Notes under the pieces: generated by a model
What the model was told of the DNA's origin: nothing
What the model saw: the letters and a program-made list of their open reading frames with translations, nothing else
Database searches by the model: none
Position numbers and translations under genes: made by a program
Origin: Aulosira sp. ZfuVER01
GTDB taxonomy: Bacteria > Cyanobacteriota > Cyanobacteriia > Cyanobacteriales > Nostocaceae
Assembly: GCA_034530615.2 (NCBI GenBank)
Contig: JAVRCV020000051.1
Span: forward strand, 1-64,000
Reading direction: 5' to 3'
Length of the DNA stretch: 64,000 nucleotides
Shown: piece after piece, positions 28,899-39,143 of the stretch
Layout of the letters: each line of letters begins with the position of its first letter
Numbering within the stretch: position 1 is the first letter of the stretch

Positions 28899-31871
28899 TT
28901 AGACTTCTACACCAAGGATGCATAAGTGATCCTTGATTAGTTGTTTGCCTAAGTGCATCGGATATGGAAAGAGAATATTACCCATAGACCATGCTGGGGA
29001 GTATCTTAAATAGTGTGGCACTCGGCAAAGAGATTTTAGGCTTTCTTCGGTTTTTTGAAAATCCGGATGAACAAAAAAGGGTACGATTTCTAGTATCTGC
29101 TGGTGCTTGAATGCAATATTTGCACCGTATTCGTCATTTTGAGAGTCGAGGATGTAGAGTTCGCGTACTGTTGGCGTATCTTGTGCTTTTTGTGTTGTTG
29201 GTAATCTTCCAATAGAGAAATAATGTAGCAACTTAGGTATAGATTTATCGTAAAAGCCACTTAAGCGAATTAGATCTCGCGCTGGGGATTTTTCATGCCA
29301 AGCTTTTCGATTTGTAATGTATTGGGTTGTCTCGTCACCAGTGCGGAAGCGAATAATTCCTAGCAAATTTCTGAGTTGGCTATAGTCACGAGTATATATA
29401 CAACCATGACCTGGAACATGTTGGAAATCCAAGACATCCCGCTTTGCTAGGAGATTTTCATTTTTTAGCTGGAACCAAACTTGACCTCCATTTTCTTCGC
29501 CACGTTCATTACGCCACACATCAGCTTCAATTAAGACAAGAGTAGGACGTTCATCTACTTGCATAATGACATCCGCAGCAAATTTTGCCAGTTCTATTCC
29601 CTTTAACTGAACTGTTTTCATATAATTGCGATCACGTCTTGCTCGTGAGAAAATCTGCCCAAGTTCAATCCCTGCTTGTGGATAAGGAATCCAATCCCCA
29701 CTATCGGGAAATAATACATCGACTGCACCTGTTGCCCGCAGACGCACAGCAAGGGCATAGTGAATATTATCTTGCCCTAGATGACTTTTTCGGCGACAAA
29801 GAGCAATTACATCGAGATTTTGGGCGATTTCTTTGGGTATTCCGGCTCGTTCATAGACTTCTGAAGGCAGTCCATAGAGTGCCCCAATCTGGCGTAGTGA
29901 CACATCTAAGACAGCATTTAAAATACGTCCTGTTGTTTTCTTACTATAAGACGGCGATGTGCTTGCGCTTTCAACTTCTTTATCAGTTGATTTTGGTTTA
30001 ACAGTTTGCACCATTTGAGAACCAATTTTTTCTAACACACAAGCTTCTCGAACTGCCCTATAGATGCTTTGTTTAGGGTGAACTCCTTTCTTTTTGGTTT
30101 GTCCTATTTCAACAATTGCAAAGCAGTAAGGTTTAGTAATGGAGTCAATTAAACTAATAACTTTCTGTTTTAAAAAACTACGCCATGCATCAAGTTTAAT
30201 TTGATGTTGCTTGCGAATCTGTTTGTCAAACTCTTGACCATCTTTAGGAATAAGTCCGGCTGTCTCAAGTGGCTGTAAAAGAGTTGCATCATCAATCCAC
30301 ACAGGTGATACTTTGATATGCTTTGGAAAATCTTCTCCTTCATTGAGTAGGAAAGCATCACGCAATGTTTGGTAAACTACATCATACGTATCTCGCTCGC
30401 GCCACAAAAGAAAAATATGCAGAGGGTTTCCTGACAACACTCGCTCAATAGAATTAGCAATGATTGTTTGTCGTTCATGATGATGCTTATCTACACGTTG
30501 CTTAATTTCTATTTCACTTAACCTCTGTTTTTGTTGTTTTGTGAATGTTAGAAGTTTAGAAATATATTCATAATCGCGCATAGCCAAGGGTGTTTTAAGA
30601 CCAGAGGGAGCCGGAATATCGCTTTGCATTGGAATATCTGCTATTAAAACTCCATTTAAAAGATTTAATACTTGAGCAACAATATTGCCCCGTTCTTGCA
30701 AACTAAAACCAGGTTTAATGCTGTGTCCTCTTTTATGATTGTCATATTCATACTTATATCCTTCAGCATGAACTAAATAATATTCATCTTGATTCCAGTT
30801 AGAATGATTATCTAAATTTCCACATCTCGCAGGATTTTGAAAAATGTTTTCTGTTGTTTGCAATGGACGTGCTTTAAATGCAGCTAACAAATTTGGTAAT
30901 TGAAATTTCCACTGATTACTATTTTCTCTACCATTATTCTCAATGGTCAGACGTATAAGTGTTGAATCTATTCCATAACCAGTTAGGCGTTCTTCATTCA
31001 TTCCTATTAGTACAGAGATATCACGACCATAGTTAGGTTCTATTAATGGTTCATGGGCATATCGTTGACAGCTTAAATGTAGAAATATCCAAGGTTTAAG
31101 CTTGCCATTTTCATTGAATCTACCTGCTTGGGTCTGAACGCGAAAATCTAAACGATAAACAAAATATCCTTCTCTTTCATTGTCATTATCATCTATGTAG
31201 AGTGCCCGAAATGGTTGACTAACTAAGAATAGTCCAGTCCTTCCCGAACCATCGCCTTGCACCTTACGCCACTGAATTTCTTGCTGTCTTTCTCCTGAGG
31301 AAATTACACATTTTTTTTCATGTAGCAATGTTGCTAAAAAGCTGGGAATCGCTTGAAAACCAATTCCTTTTTCGGCATTAATGTCTTGAATTAGCTTTTC
31401 TGGGGTGATAGATTGCCAACTCCAATTAGTGGGAATTATTGCTATGTCTTCTAGAAAGCGATCGCAAACACTCTTGACTTGATCCACCTTCCCTTTACCC
31501 TGAAACTGTTTTGTCCATTCCTGCGCCCAAATCATCACTAATTCATGTATTTGCTCAGGTGTTGGCACTCGCAGCGGATTTTCAACTGTTCCTACAGCTA
31601 ATGCTCGATAATCGCCGATATCAAAATACTCAAAACCATGCGTTAAGGTTGATGCACAGGCAAGTAATGCATTATTTAATTGTCGATACGGCACTCCAAC
31701 CTTTGTTTTTCGGTTAGCGGCAAGAACCTCTTCCATACTGTTGCGAAAGTCAGTAACAATTCCTGCAAATGGAAACTGAAGTACTGCAATGTCCAAATCT
31801 ACAAGAGCATCTTCCGCAAGACTCATTCGCGCAGGTAGGAGAATAGAAGGTTGCACCTCTTTTTTAGGCAT
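28899..31871 (-). CDS. pPIWI-RE family protein (N-terminal X domain, MID, RNase H-fold PIWI)
   Basis: 990 aa; VPYRQLNNALLA, IFLHLSCQRYA, HPKQSIYRAVREA..SQMV, ILNAVLD..LRQIG, ILEIV, HYLR...FPYPMHLGK; 25 bp downstream of a pPIWI-RE-type helicase C-terminus with an AAAGGA ribosome-binding site. Confidence 0.82.
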   Translation of the reverse strand: MPKKEVQPSILLPARMSLAEDALVDLDIAVLQFPFAGIVTDFRNSMEEVLAANRKTKVGVPYRQLNNALLACASTLTHGFEYFDIGDYRALAVGTVENPLRVPTPEQIHELVMIWAQEWTKQFQGKGKVDQVKSVCDRFLEDIAIIPTNWSWQSITPEKLIQDINAEKGIGFQAIPSFLATLLHEKKCVISSGERQQEIQWRKVQGDGSGRTGLFLVSQPFRALYIDDNDNEREGYFVYRLDFRVQTQAGRFNENGKLKPWIFLHLSCQRYAHEPLIEPNYGRDISVLIGMNEERLTGYGIDSTLIRLTIENNGRENSNQWKFQLPNLLAAFKARPLQTTENIFQNPARCGNLDNHSNWNQDEYYLVHAEGYKYEYDNHKRGHSIKPGFSLQERGNIVAQVLNLLNGVLIADIPMQSDIPAPSGLKTPLAMRDYEYISKLLTFTKQQKQRLSEIEIKQRVDKHHHERQTIIANSIERVLSGNPLHIFLLWRERDTYDVVYQTLRDAFLLNEGEDFPKHIKVSPVWIDDATLLQPLETAGLIPKDGQEFDKQIRKQHQIKLDAWRSFLKQKVISLIDSITKPYCFAIVEIGQTKKKGVHPKQSIYRAVREACVLEKIGSQMVQTVKPKSTDKEVESASTSPSYSKKTTGRILNAVLDVSLRQIGALYGLPSEVYERAGIPKEIAQNLDVIALCRRKSHLGQDNIHYALAVRLRATGAVDVLFPDSGDWIPYPQAGIELGQIFSRARRDRNYMKTVQLKGIELAKFAADVIMQVDERPTLVLIEADVWRNERGEENGGQVWFQLKNENLLAKRDVLDFQHVPGHGCIYTRDYSQLRNLLGIIRFRTGDETTQYITNRKAWHEKSPARDLIRLSGFYDKSIPKLLHYFSIGRLPTTQKAQDTPTVRELYILDSQNDEYGANIAFKHQQILEIVPFFVHPDFQKTEESLKSLCRVPHYLRYSPAWSMGNILFPYPMHLGKQLIKDHLCILGVEV

Positions 31872-31895
31872 TATGAATTCCTTTGTACAAAAAAT

Positions 31896-33005
31896 TTACC
31901 AGTGTAAGTCTTCAATTCTTTCCAGTGCATCAGCCAGAGGCTTGTAAAGCGCATTTCCCACTGTGTTATCCTCGCTGGCGTAGTCGCAGATGCGTAAAAG
32001 CATGGCTACCAGAAGACTTGTTTCCTCTGTATCAAATTCAGATAATTCAGGATCTGCTTTCCTTGCAGCACTCTTGGGTGCCCAAGCTGCATCAACAAAA
32101 TAACCACGAAATGGCACACCTCCACGTAAGAGACGACCAACAGCTTGAATAACTAACCCAGCCGTAGTAGCAGCCAGGTCAAATCGCGGAAAAGACAGTA
32201 ATTCCTGATGATCGCGCAGGATTTTATAGTAAGAACGTTGCTCAACCGATCGCCAATAACGCGCTGCCAATTGACGCACCTTTTCTGCACGTTGTACAAT
32301 TCCATCTCCCTGTTGCCATGCCACAAAATCTGCTTTATCTGCCCAGTCTAAAGCGCGACGGTTCATTTCTTGGGCGATCGCTTGTGTATCATGGGGGTGT
32401 GGATATGGACGAGTGAGAAAATATACAGCACCAAATGCAGCTTTACCATGAATATTCAAAATATTGAACCCACGTCCGATCGCATTCATCGGTGCAACTA
32501 GAATCTTGGCTTTTATTTGCCCAAAAGTCTCAATATCTGCGCGGTTCAGCGCACCTTTATCATTTGATTTGGCAAATTTTTCGCCTTCATCAAGGTCATC
32601 TTCTGTGTATGTATCAGTATTATCAGGAACTAAGTGATAAACTAATTCCTGCATACTTGACCAACAATTACGGATCTCGTTTGCTACCCAACGGGCTTGA
32701 TCGTAAGAGTTGACTAGTAGTAAAAGGCGATCGAGATCGCGCCAGTGGTTATCAGCATCACGATCGCCAATATATTTCAATTCTCGAAGTTCTTGCCCTA
32801 GATGACCTGTGCCGTTAGTCCCAACAAGCGATCGCGCTATTTCCTGCAATAAGCTCATTTTGCGTCGTTCAGACATACCAGAAATGCGGAGAGGTTGGTT
32901 CTTTTGGTTGAATTGGGGAAGAAACTTGAAGAAGCTTTGGGCGATCGCCTCACTCGCCTCCTGTTCTGGCATCAAAACAGCGTGGGCATTATCAAGGTGA
33001 AAACT
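31896..33005 (-). pseudogene. C-terminal part of the pPIWI-RE-associated DinG-like SF2 helicase (open frame 31896-32975)
   Basis: LLLVNSYDQA, ILVAPMNAIGRGFNIL, FGAVYFLTRPYPHPHD, QAVGRLLRGGVP, YFVDAAWAP, LYKPLADAL; no Walker A/B half. Confidence 0.8.
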
Positions 33006-33100
33006 AGCAAATCTGAAAAGTAGAACGTTTCAGAGATAGTCAGCAAAATAGAACCACATTGACTACTAAAGTTGTCAATAAGTGGCGAAAAGTTACATTT

Positions 33101-33128
33101 TTGACAAAATTTAGTTCAGATGTATTAT
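33101..33128 (+). promoter_or_regulatory. Candidate sigma70-type promoter for the PLD-helicase gene
   Basis: TTGACA-N16-TATTAT about 30 bp upstream of ATG 33161. Confidence 0.5.
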
Positions 33129-33160
33129 TATCTATAGTTCAAACGTATTAGCACTGAGTT

Positions 33161-35851
33161 ATGACTGATTCTCCGCCAAGATCCTGGTTTGATTCCAAGA
33201 CAATCTATGAACAAATCCAATACCACTTCCCAAAGTGCCAATCAAAAATACGTATTGCATCTGGCTATTTTACTGTAAACGGCTGGGATCAGATTCGGGA
33301 TGTTGTAAAAGGAAAGTATGTTGATCTGTTAGTTGGAATTAACGAACGAACTCAAAGACAAGACGAAAGACACGCACAGCACCTTCTAATCCAAGAAATC
33401 AAGAAAGATTTAGCAACAGGATCATCACCAGGTAATCGCCGTCAAGCTGTAGCAGATTTAGTTAATAGAATTCGGACGGGTCAATTTCGGATTGTTGATG
33501 CACGTGCTAGGAAACATCATGCAAAACTTTACTTTGTTGACTGTAAGGTTGTCATCATTACCTCAGCCAATTTAACGAAACATGGCTTAATGCAACAGGT
33601 TGAAGCTGGTAATCCACTGAGTCGGAAGAAGGAAATTGTAAAACTTGTCAAGAAATTTGATGGATATTTTGCTGAAGCAGTAGATTTAACTCAGAGGCTA
33701 CTTAAAGCTCTTGAAGATTGGTTGAAACTTGCTACTCCGTGGGATATTTACCTCAAAACCTTACTTGCTTTTGAGGATGTAGAAATTGATAATAAGTATA
33801 CTCCGCCAACGAATTATCAAAGAGCAATGATTGCTGAAACTTTACAGAAAATAAGCGATCACAGCGGAGTCATGTTGGTTGCTTCAACAGGACTTGGAAA
33901 GACCGTTGTTGCTACTCACCTCGCCTTGAAACTTTTTAGATCAAATGAAATTATACATGTATTGATTATTGGCCCGAAATTAGTTAAAAGGCAATGGCAG
34001 TCTGAATTTATGGATGCGGGTATCCCTCAGACCTATATCGGCTATCAAGCTTTAGATAAAGAAGATCCAAGCCATGATCGTAATCTTGAACACTTTATCG
34101 AAATAGAAGAAAAAATAAATAAGCAATGGCTCATTATTATTGATGAATGCCATCTATTCAGAAATTGCCATGATAGTGCAGAAGGCCCTAGAAGGCGCTC
34201 ATTCCAAAGATTGATTTCACGAATTAAAGAAAGTGGCTGTAAAGTCTTACTTCTAACTGGCTCACCTTACTCTAAAGATATTAGGAATCTCAATCACCAA
34301 ATTCTGCTTCTACCTCACACTGCGGAAATTGAAACTTTTTCAGATAAACAAAACAAGAACAATTTCAATTGGCATACAGATAGTATAAAAGGATTTATTA
34401 ACTTGCCTGTTGTGTCTCAATTAACTACACCTTATGTTGCACAACAGTATGGAAAGAAGCTAGAGACTGGCATATTAATTGAGTTTGGACAGCAAAAGCG
34501 ATATATTCCGCTTGTCAAGTTATATCGAGTTAATTTCCATTTATTCATGGAAAGTGAAATTTCTCAAGTTTTTAGGGATGGTTGCTTTACCGTTAATGAT
34601 CCTCCAGCGTCACGCAAGTTTATAGAGACGCAAGCAGAAGTTGCCTGGGTTAGTTCACCGTGGGCACTTCGCGAAATTATCAAAAAGGTTATTAATACCC
34701 CAGGCAAGCGAAACTTGTCATACGAATTTGGGTTTGAAATGTCTCAATCTCAGCGCCGTGAAATATTAGAGCCGCTCCTAAGTCGATTAAACCAAATGCA
34801 GTTTACTGAGGATCACAAACTTGCATCTCTATGTAACTTTCTCCAAAAAGCTCACTTTAATAGTAAAAAAATTATCATTTTTTGTGAGCGTCGTGCAACA
34901 GTGGTTTATCTTGTTGAAGCCATTAATGCTTTACTTCCCAATCTGCGAGTATTTGGCACAATTAAGCAAGCAAAAGGTCAATATGTGCATAGAAGCGACC
35001 GAGAGATTTTCCAGGCAATTAAAAAGTTTGCGCCAGTTGCAAACAGAGCCGAAGGAAAATACAAAGAGACTTACGAAATTTTTATTTCAACCGATGCTCA
35101 TGGTGTTGGCATTAATCTACAAGACGCACCTGTAGTTATTAATTATGATTTAGCTTGGACAGCTATTGAACCTACACAAAGAGCAGGCCGTGTTCTAAGA
35201 CCCTGGATTGAACCGCGTAATGTGGAGCTTTACACTTTTGTTCCACCACTAGAAGGTGATGCTTTACGTGATTTAGGCATTGCAAAACGTTACAGTAACC
35301 TAGCAAATCGCCACAGTCAATCTCAAGAAATTATGGAGCTTCCTGTTCTATCTATAAATGAGAAAGAAGAAGTTAATTTTTTCAACAATGTATCCAAAGT
35401 AACAATTCAATCGGGTGTACTTGATTTAGAGGCTTTAGTCGATGACAATATATCACCATATTATCACCATGCATCTAAGCTGTATAATAACCGCGACTAT
35501 GCTCGAAAGATTCGTGATGATATTATTAGTGCAAAAATTTATTCAGGGCGAACAATTTTGATTTACGTCTTGTTTAAACACGAAGATGAATACAAATGGG
35601 CTGTTTATGAACCTAAGTCAAAAAGCTTGCGGAACATATCACGTAATCAATTACTTGATTGGCTGGAATGTAAAGAACATACTGAACTTGCCCTCGTTAA
35701 TACTGATGAAATTGAAGAACTTAGCTATGCTTGCATAAAAGAGTGGTCTAAACAAAATAATGCTAATTTAGATGATATTGTCAGAGAATGTGCAATGTAT
35801 CTCAAACCATCACATCAAACTGATGATGTTGAAAGTTTAGCTAGATATTAG
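33161..35851 (+). CDS. PLD-family nuclease fused to an SF2 (SNF2/DExH-like) helicase
   Basis: IASGYFT and HAKLYFVD...TSANLT (PLD HxK); ASTGLGKT, IIIDECH, LLTGSP, IIFCERRAT, STDAHGVGINLQDA..INYDL, QRAGRVLR. Confidence 0.9.
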   Translation: MTDSPPRSWFDSKTIYEQIQYHFPKCQSKIRIASGYFTVNGWDQIRDVVKGKYVDLLVGINERTQRQDERHAQHLLIQEIKKDLATGSSPGNRRQAVADLVNRIRTGQFRIVDARARKHHAKLYFVDCKVVIITSANLTKHGLMQQVEAGNPLSRKKEIVKLVKKFDGYFAEAVDLTQRLLKALEDWLKLATPWDIYLKTLLAFEDVEIDNKYTPPTNYQRAMIAETLQKISDHSGVMLVASTGLGKTVVATHLALKLFRSNEIIHVLIIGPKLVKRQWQSEFMDAGIPQTYIGYQALDKEDPSHDRNLEHFIEIEEKINKQWLIIIDECHLFRNCHDSAEGPRRRSFQRLISRIKESGCKVLLLTGSPYSKDIRNLNHQILLLPHTAEIETFSDKQNKNNFNWHTDSIKGFINLPVVSQLTTPYVAQQYGKKLETGILIEFGQQKRYIPLVKLYRVNFHLFMESEISQVFRDGCFTVNDPPASRKFIETQAEVAWVSSPWALREIIKKVINTPGKRNLSYEFGFEMSQSQRREILEPLLSRLNQMQFTEDHKLASLCNFLQKAHFNSKKIIIFCERRATVVYLVEAINALLPNLRVFGTIKQAKGQYVHRSDREIFQAIKKFAPVANRAEGKYKETYEIFISTDAHGVGINLQDAPVVINYDLAWTAIEPTQRAGRVLRPWIEPRNVELYTFVPPLEGDALRDLGIAKRYSNLANRHSQSQEIMELPVLSINEKEEVNFFNNVSKVTIQSGVLDLEALVDDNISPYYHHASKLYNNRDYARKIRDDIISAKIYSGRTILIYVLFKHEDEYKWAVYEPKSKSLRNISRNQLLDWLECKEHTELALVNTDEIEELSYACIKEWSKQNNANLDDIVRECAMYLKPSHQTDDVESLARY

Positions 35852-35859
35852 TACTTTAT

Positions 35860-36060
35860 ATCCACTGGTTACAAGTGCCACCTGCTGAGTTATTCAGAAC
35901 TACAGATGCGGATCAATTGAATACACCTGAAGCGATCGCCATTCAACTACGAGCTGACAAAAACCTTGATCCAGCGATTGCTAATGCTTTAGCGTCTCTA
36001 GTCAAAGCAGCCTATCAAGACCTTTCTCAAAAAGATAGCGAATACAAGCAAGACTCTTGA
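35860..36060 (+). pseudogene. 3' remnant of an XRE-family HTH regulator
   Basis: HWLQVPPAELF...EAIAIQLRADKNLDPAIANALASLVKAAY; starts mid-domain, right after the PLD-helicase stop. Confidence 0.6.
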
Positions 36061-36062
36061 CT

Positions 36063-36119
36063 ATGTCATTGATTGAAAAACTATCACCTGAATTTAGGCA
36101 ACGCTGTGAGGCGATCGCA
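36063..36119 (+). pseudogene. 5' remnant of a gene coupled to the XRE gene, probably an ImmA/IrrE metallopeptidase
   Basis: MSLIEKLSPEFRQRCEAIA, then AT-rich non-coding-like sequence immediately after HIP1 at 36111-36118. Confidence 0.4.
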
Positions 36120-36425
36120 TACTATAAATATTTATTACAAAATTTTTGTAAAAATACTTACTTTGAGATGAAATTCTTAGAAAGCACAAAACTATATATA
36201 TTATTAAAATTTTCTCCAGTAGCTTATTTTGTCGTAAATTTTATAAGTAATCAGGGATATTTGGGATAGTTTAGCTTTAAGCAATAGCCCAAGTAGTTTA
36301 AATCAAAAATTTCCCATTTGCTGCCTAGCTTTGCTGACAATATATCAAGGGCTATACATCAGCGCTTGAGACGAGCGCGATATCGTAAACAGCAGATTGA
36401 TAGTCTAAATAGTGAGACTCAAAAC

Positions 36426-36752
36426 GTGAAATATTTTTTTCTATCTGAAGGATGGACAGTGTCTAGAGTCTGGGCCTCTGATGGACTCTGGCAGATCACC
36501 GCTTGGCGACGCCAACCAGATATTCAGAAACTGAATATTTGTCTGGTAGAAAATAATGAATTGTTATGGCTTTATCGAGTTGAAGAGGCCGTTTTAACTG
36601 TAGAAGTGAAGCCAACAACAGCAGTACTGGCAACTACTACCATCGGTCAAGTAGTGCTGAAGCGTTTGATGACAGCTGAACAAGTAATCGAACGCCTGGG
36701 TACGGCCGAGGCCAAGTGTCAACTGCAAAACATTCAATCGGTGGCGCAGTAA
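36426..36752 (+). CDS. Conserved cyanobacterial hypothetical protein
   Basis: GTG start MKYFFLSEGWTVSRVW...IGQVVLKRLMTAEQVIERL. Confidence 0.7.
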   Translation: MKYFFLSEGWTVSRVWASDGLWQITAWRRQPDIQKLNICLVENNELLWLYRVEEAVLTVEVKPTTAVLATTTIGQVVLKRLMTAEQVIERLGTAEAKCQLQNIQSVAQ

Positions 36753-37278
36753 GAAGCGGGGCATGGGGCATTGGGCATTGGGCATTGATTATTTCTCCTT
36801 GTCCCCTTGTCCCCCTCATCCCCTTCACTTCCATCCTTCACTTCCATAAGAACACGCAAACTAGATGTAAGACAGGGATTGGTAGCAAAAAATATCATAG
36901 ATGCTACGCGATCGCATCTATTTACACGCTTGCAAACAGTTCCATCAATAGTTACACTTTTTAAAATATTCTCATTTTTGCACTTGCTATTGCCTAGCAC
37001 GCTTAACTACCCAAATTCCTTTAAGGTGTTTCATCACTCCTGAAGAAGTCTGAGGTAGTTCAAAAAAAGAGCGATCGCTATCCTATCGGGTACAGATCGC
37101 CAAGCGTGTAAGCATAGCCAGAATCCGCACGCTGTCTGACTTATAAGACTAAGCTGTGGTAAACAAGACCCTGGCAATAACAAAAAACTGAGAGAAGTAA
37201 GAGCGGTAACTTCTGCCGCGCATAACTTCCGTAAGAAAATTGCTTTGTAAACTAACTCATCGAGGAGGAGCGTAGTCG

Positions 37279-38808
37279 ATGGGACTACCCTGGTACCGAG
37301 TACACACAGTCGTTCTGAATGATCCAGGACGGCTGATTTCTGTACACTTGATGCACACAGCTCTAGTGGCAGGCTGGGCTGGTTCGATGGCATTGTACGA
37401 ACTAGCTGTTTATGACCCCAGCGATCCAGTTCTCAACCCAATGTGGCGTCAAGGGATGTTCGTATTACCCTTCATGTCACGTTTGGGTGTCACTCAATCT
37501 TGGGGTGGTTGGAGTGTTACTGGTGGCCCAGCAACCGATCCTGGTTTCTGGTCATTTGAAGGTGTTGCTGCGGCTCACATTGTTCTTTCTGGTCTTTTGT
37601 TCTTAGCTGCTGTTTGGCACTGGGTTTACTGGGATTTGGAACTCTTTAGAGATCCTCGTACTGGTGAACCTGCTCTAGACTTGCCAAAGATGTTTGGCAT
37701 TCACCTGTTCTTATCTGGTCTACTTTGTTTTGGCTTCGGTGCTTTTCACCTCACTGGACTATTTGGCCCGGGAATGTGGATTTCTGATGCCTTTGGAGTC
37801 ACAGGTAGCGTCCAGCCAGTAGCACCAGAATGGGGGCCAGCTGGCTTTAACCCCTTTAATCCTGGTGGCGTTGTTGCTCACCACATAGCTGCTGGGATCG
37901 TCGGCATTATTGCAGGCTTATTCCACCTCACAGTCAGACCACCCGAACGGCTCTACAAAGCCTTGCGGATGGGTAACATTGAAACAGTACTTTCTAGCAG
38001 TATTGCGGCAGTATTCTTCGCTGCCTTCGTGGTTGCTGGAACTATGTGGTACGGTAACGCTACCACTCCAATTGAACTGTTTGGCCCTACCCGTTACCAA
38101 TGGGATCAAGGCTACTTCCATCAAGAAATTGAGCGCCGCGTCCAAAACAGCGTTGCCAATGGCGCAAGCCTTTCGGAAGCTTGGTCACAGATTCCTGAAA
38201 AACTGGCTTTCTACGATTACGTGGGTAACAGCCCTGCCAAAGGCGGTTTATTCCGTACAGGGCCAATGGTAAAAGGTGATGGTATTGCCCAATCTTGGCA
38301 AGGCCACGCAGTATTCAAAGATTCTGAAGGCAGAGAATTGACAGTACGTCGTCTGCCCAACTTCTTTGAAACCTTCCCAGTCATCTTGACCGATGCAGAT
38401 GGTATTGTCCGCGCTGACATTCCTTTCCGTCGGGCAGAATCCAAATATAGCTTTGAACAATCTGGTGTAACTGTTAGCTTCTACGGTGGCGATCTGAACG
38501 GTCAAACCTTTACAGATCCAGCCGAAGTTAAGAAATACGCCCGTAAAGCTCAAGGCGGTGAAATATTTGAATTTGACCGGGAAACCTTGAACTCTGATGG
38601 TGTATTCCGCACCAGTCCCAGAGGTTGGTTTACCTTTGGACACGCTGTATTTGCTCTGCTATTCTTCTTTGGTCATCTCTGGCATGGTGCGCGTACAATT
38701 TACCGCGACGTATTTGCTGGTGTGGAAGCGGATCTAGAAGAGCAAGTTGAGTGGGGTCTATTCCAGAAAGTGGGTGACAAGACAACCCGCCGTAAGGAAG
38801 CTCTCTAA
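37279..38808 (+). CDS. psbB: Photosystem II CP47 protein
   Basis: [30 protein letters not shown]. Confidence 0.99.
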   Translation: MGLPWYRVHTVVLNDPGRLISVHLMHTALVAGWAGSMALYELAVYDPSDPVLNPMWRQGMFVLPFMSRLGVTQSWGGWSVTGGPATDPGFWSFEGVAAAHIVLSGLLFLAAVWHWVYWDLELFRDPRTGEPALDLPKMFGIHLFLSGLLCFGFGAFHLTGLFGPGMWISDAFGVTGSVQPVAPEWGPAGFNPFNPGGVVAHHIAAGIVGIIAGLFHLTVRPPERLYKALRMGNIETVLSSSIAAVFFAAFVVAGTMWYGNATTPIELFGPTRYQWDQGYFHQEIERRVQNSVANGASLSEAWSQIPEKLAFYDYVGNSPAKGGLFRTGPMVKGDGIAQSWQGHAVFKDSEGRELTVRRLPNFFETFPVILTDADGIVRADIPFRRAESKYSFEQSGVTVSFYGGDLNGQTFTDPAEVKKYARKAQGGEIFEFDRETLNSDGVFRTSPRGWFTFGHAVFALLFFFGHLWHGARTIYRDVFAGVEADLEEQVEWGLFQKVGDKTTRRKEAL

Positions 38809-38868
38809 ATTCAGTGCTGAGTTATGAGTAACGAGTTCTGAGTTAAAGCTCTGACTCAGGACTCAGAA

Positions 38869-38913
38869 ACGCCAGATGCTACAACGGAGGGAACCTCCGC
38901 AACGCACTGGCTC
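38869..38913 (-). repeat. ~45-bp short dispersed repeat inserted in an ACTCAG(N) heptamer array
   Basis: Reverse complement GAGCCAGTGCGTTGCGGAGGTTCCCTCCGTTGTAGCATCTGGCGT; same family as 16767-16811. Confidence 0.8.
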
Positions 38914-38963
38914 CTCAGTACTCAAAACTTTAATTACTGGCTGGATAGGCAGGAACTTGTGAT

Positions 38964-39068
38964 ATGGAAAGCGTTGCGTACATCTTAATTTTCACTCTGT
39001 GTATAGGAGTTCTCTTCTTTGCGATCGCATTTCGGGAACCCCCCCGGATTGCAAAGAAAGATGATTAG
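38964..39068 (+). CDS. psbT: Photosystem II reaction centre protein T (absent from the ORF track)
   Basis: MESVAYILIFTLCIGVLFFAIAFREPPRIAKKDD. Confidence 0.97.
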   Translation: MESVAYILIFTLCIGVLFFAIAFREPPRIAKKDD

Positions 39069-39106
39069 AACACTCTTACTAGACGTGTAAGGTCATACAA
39101 AGATAG

Positions 39107-39143
39107 ATATCCGCTGTTACCTCTTGGGGATCGGCGGATATTT
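39107..39143 (+). terminator. Stem-loop after psbT
   Basis: atatccgctg...cggcggatat followed by T-rich sequence. Confidence 0.55.

Noticed and set aside
28899..36119. Autonomous mobile element (transposon or prophage)
   Set aside because: No integrase, transposase, terminal inverted repeats or target duplication visible
36120..36269. 3' part of the 70-aa ORF 36057-36269 as a real protein
   Set aside because: After the HIP1 site the frame is AT-rich intergenic read-through
37034..38643. Antisense and alternate-frame ORFs over psbB
   Set aside because: Shadow ORFs of a highly conserved gene
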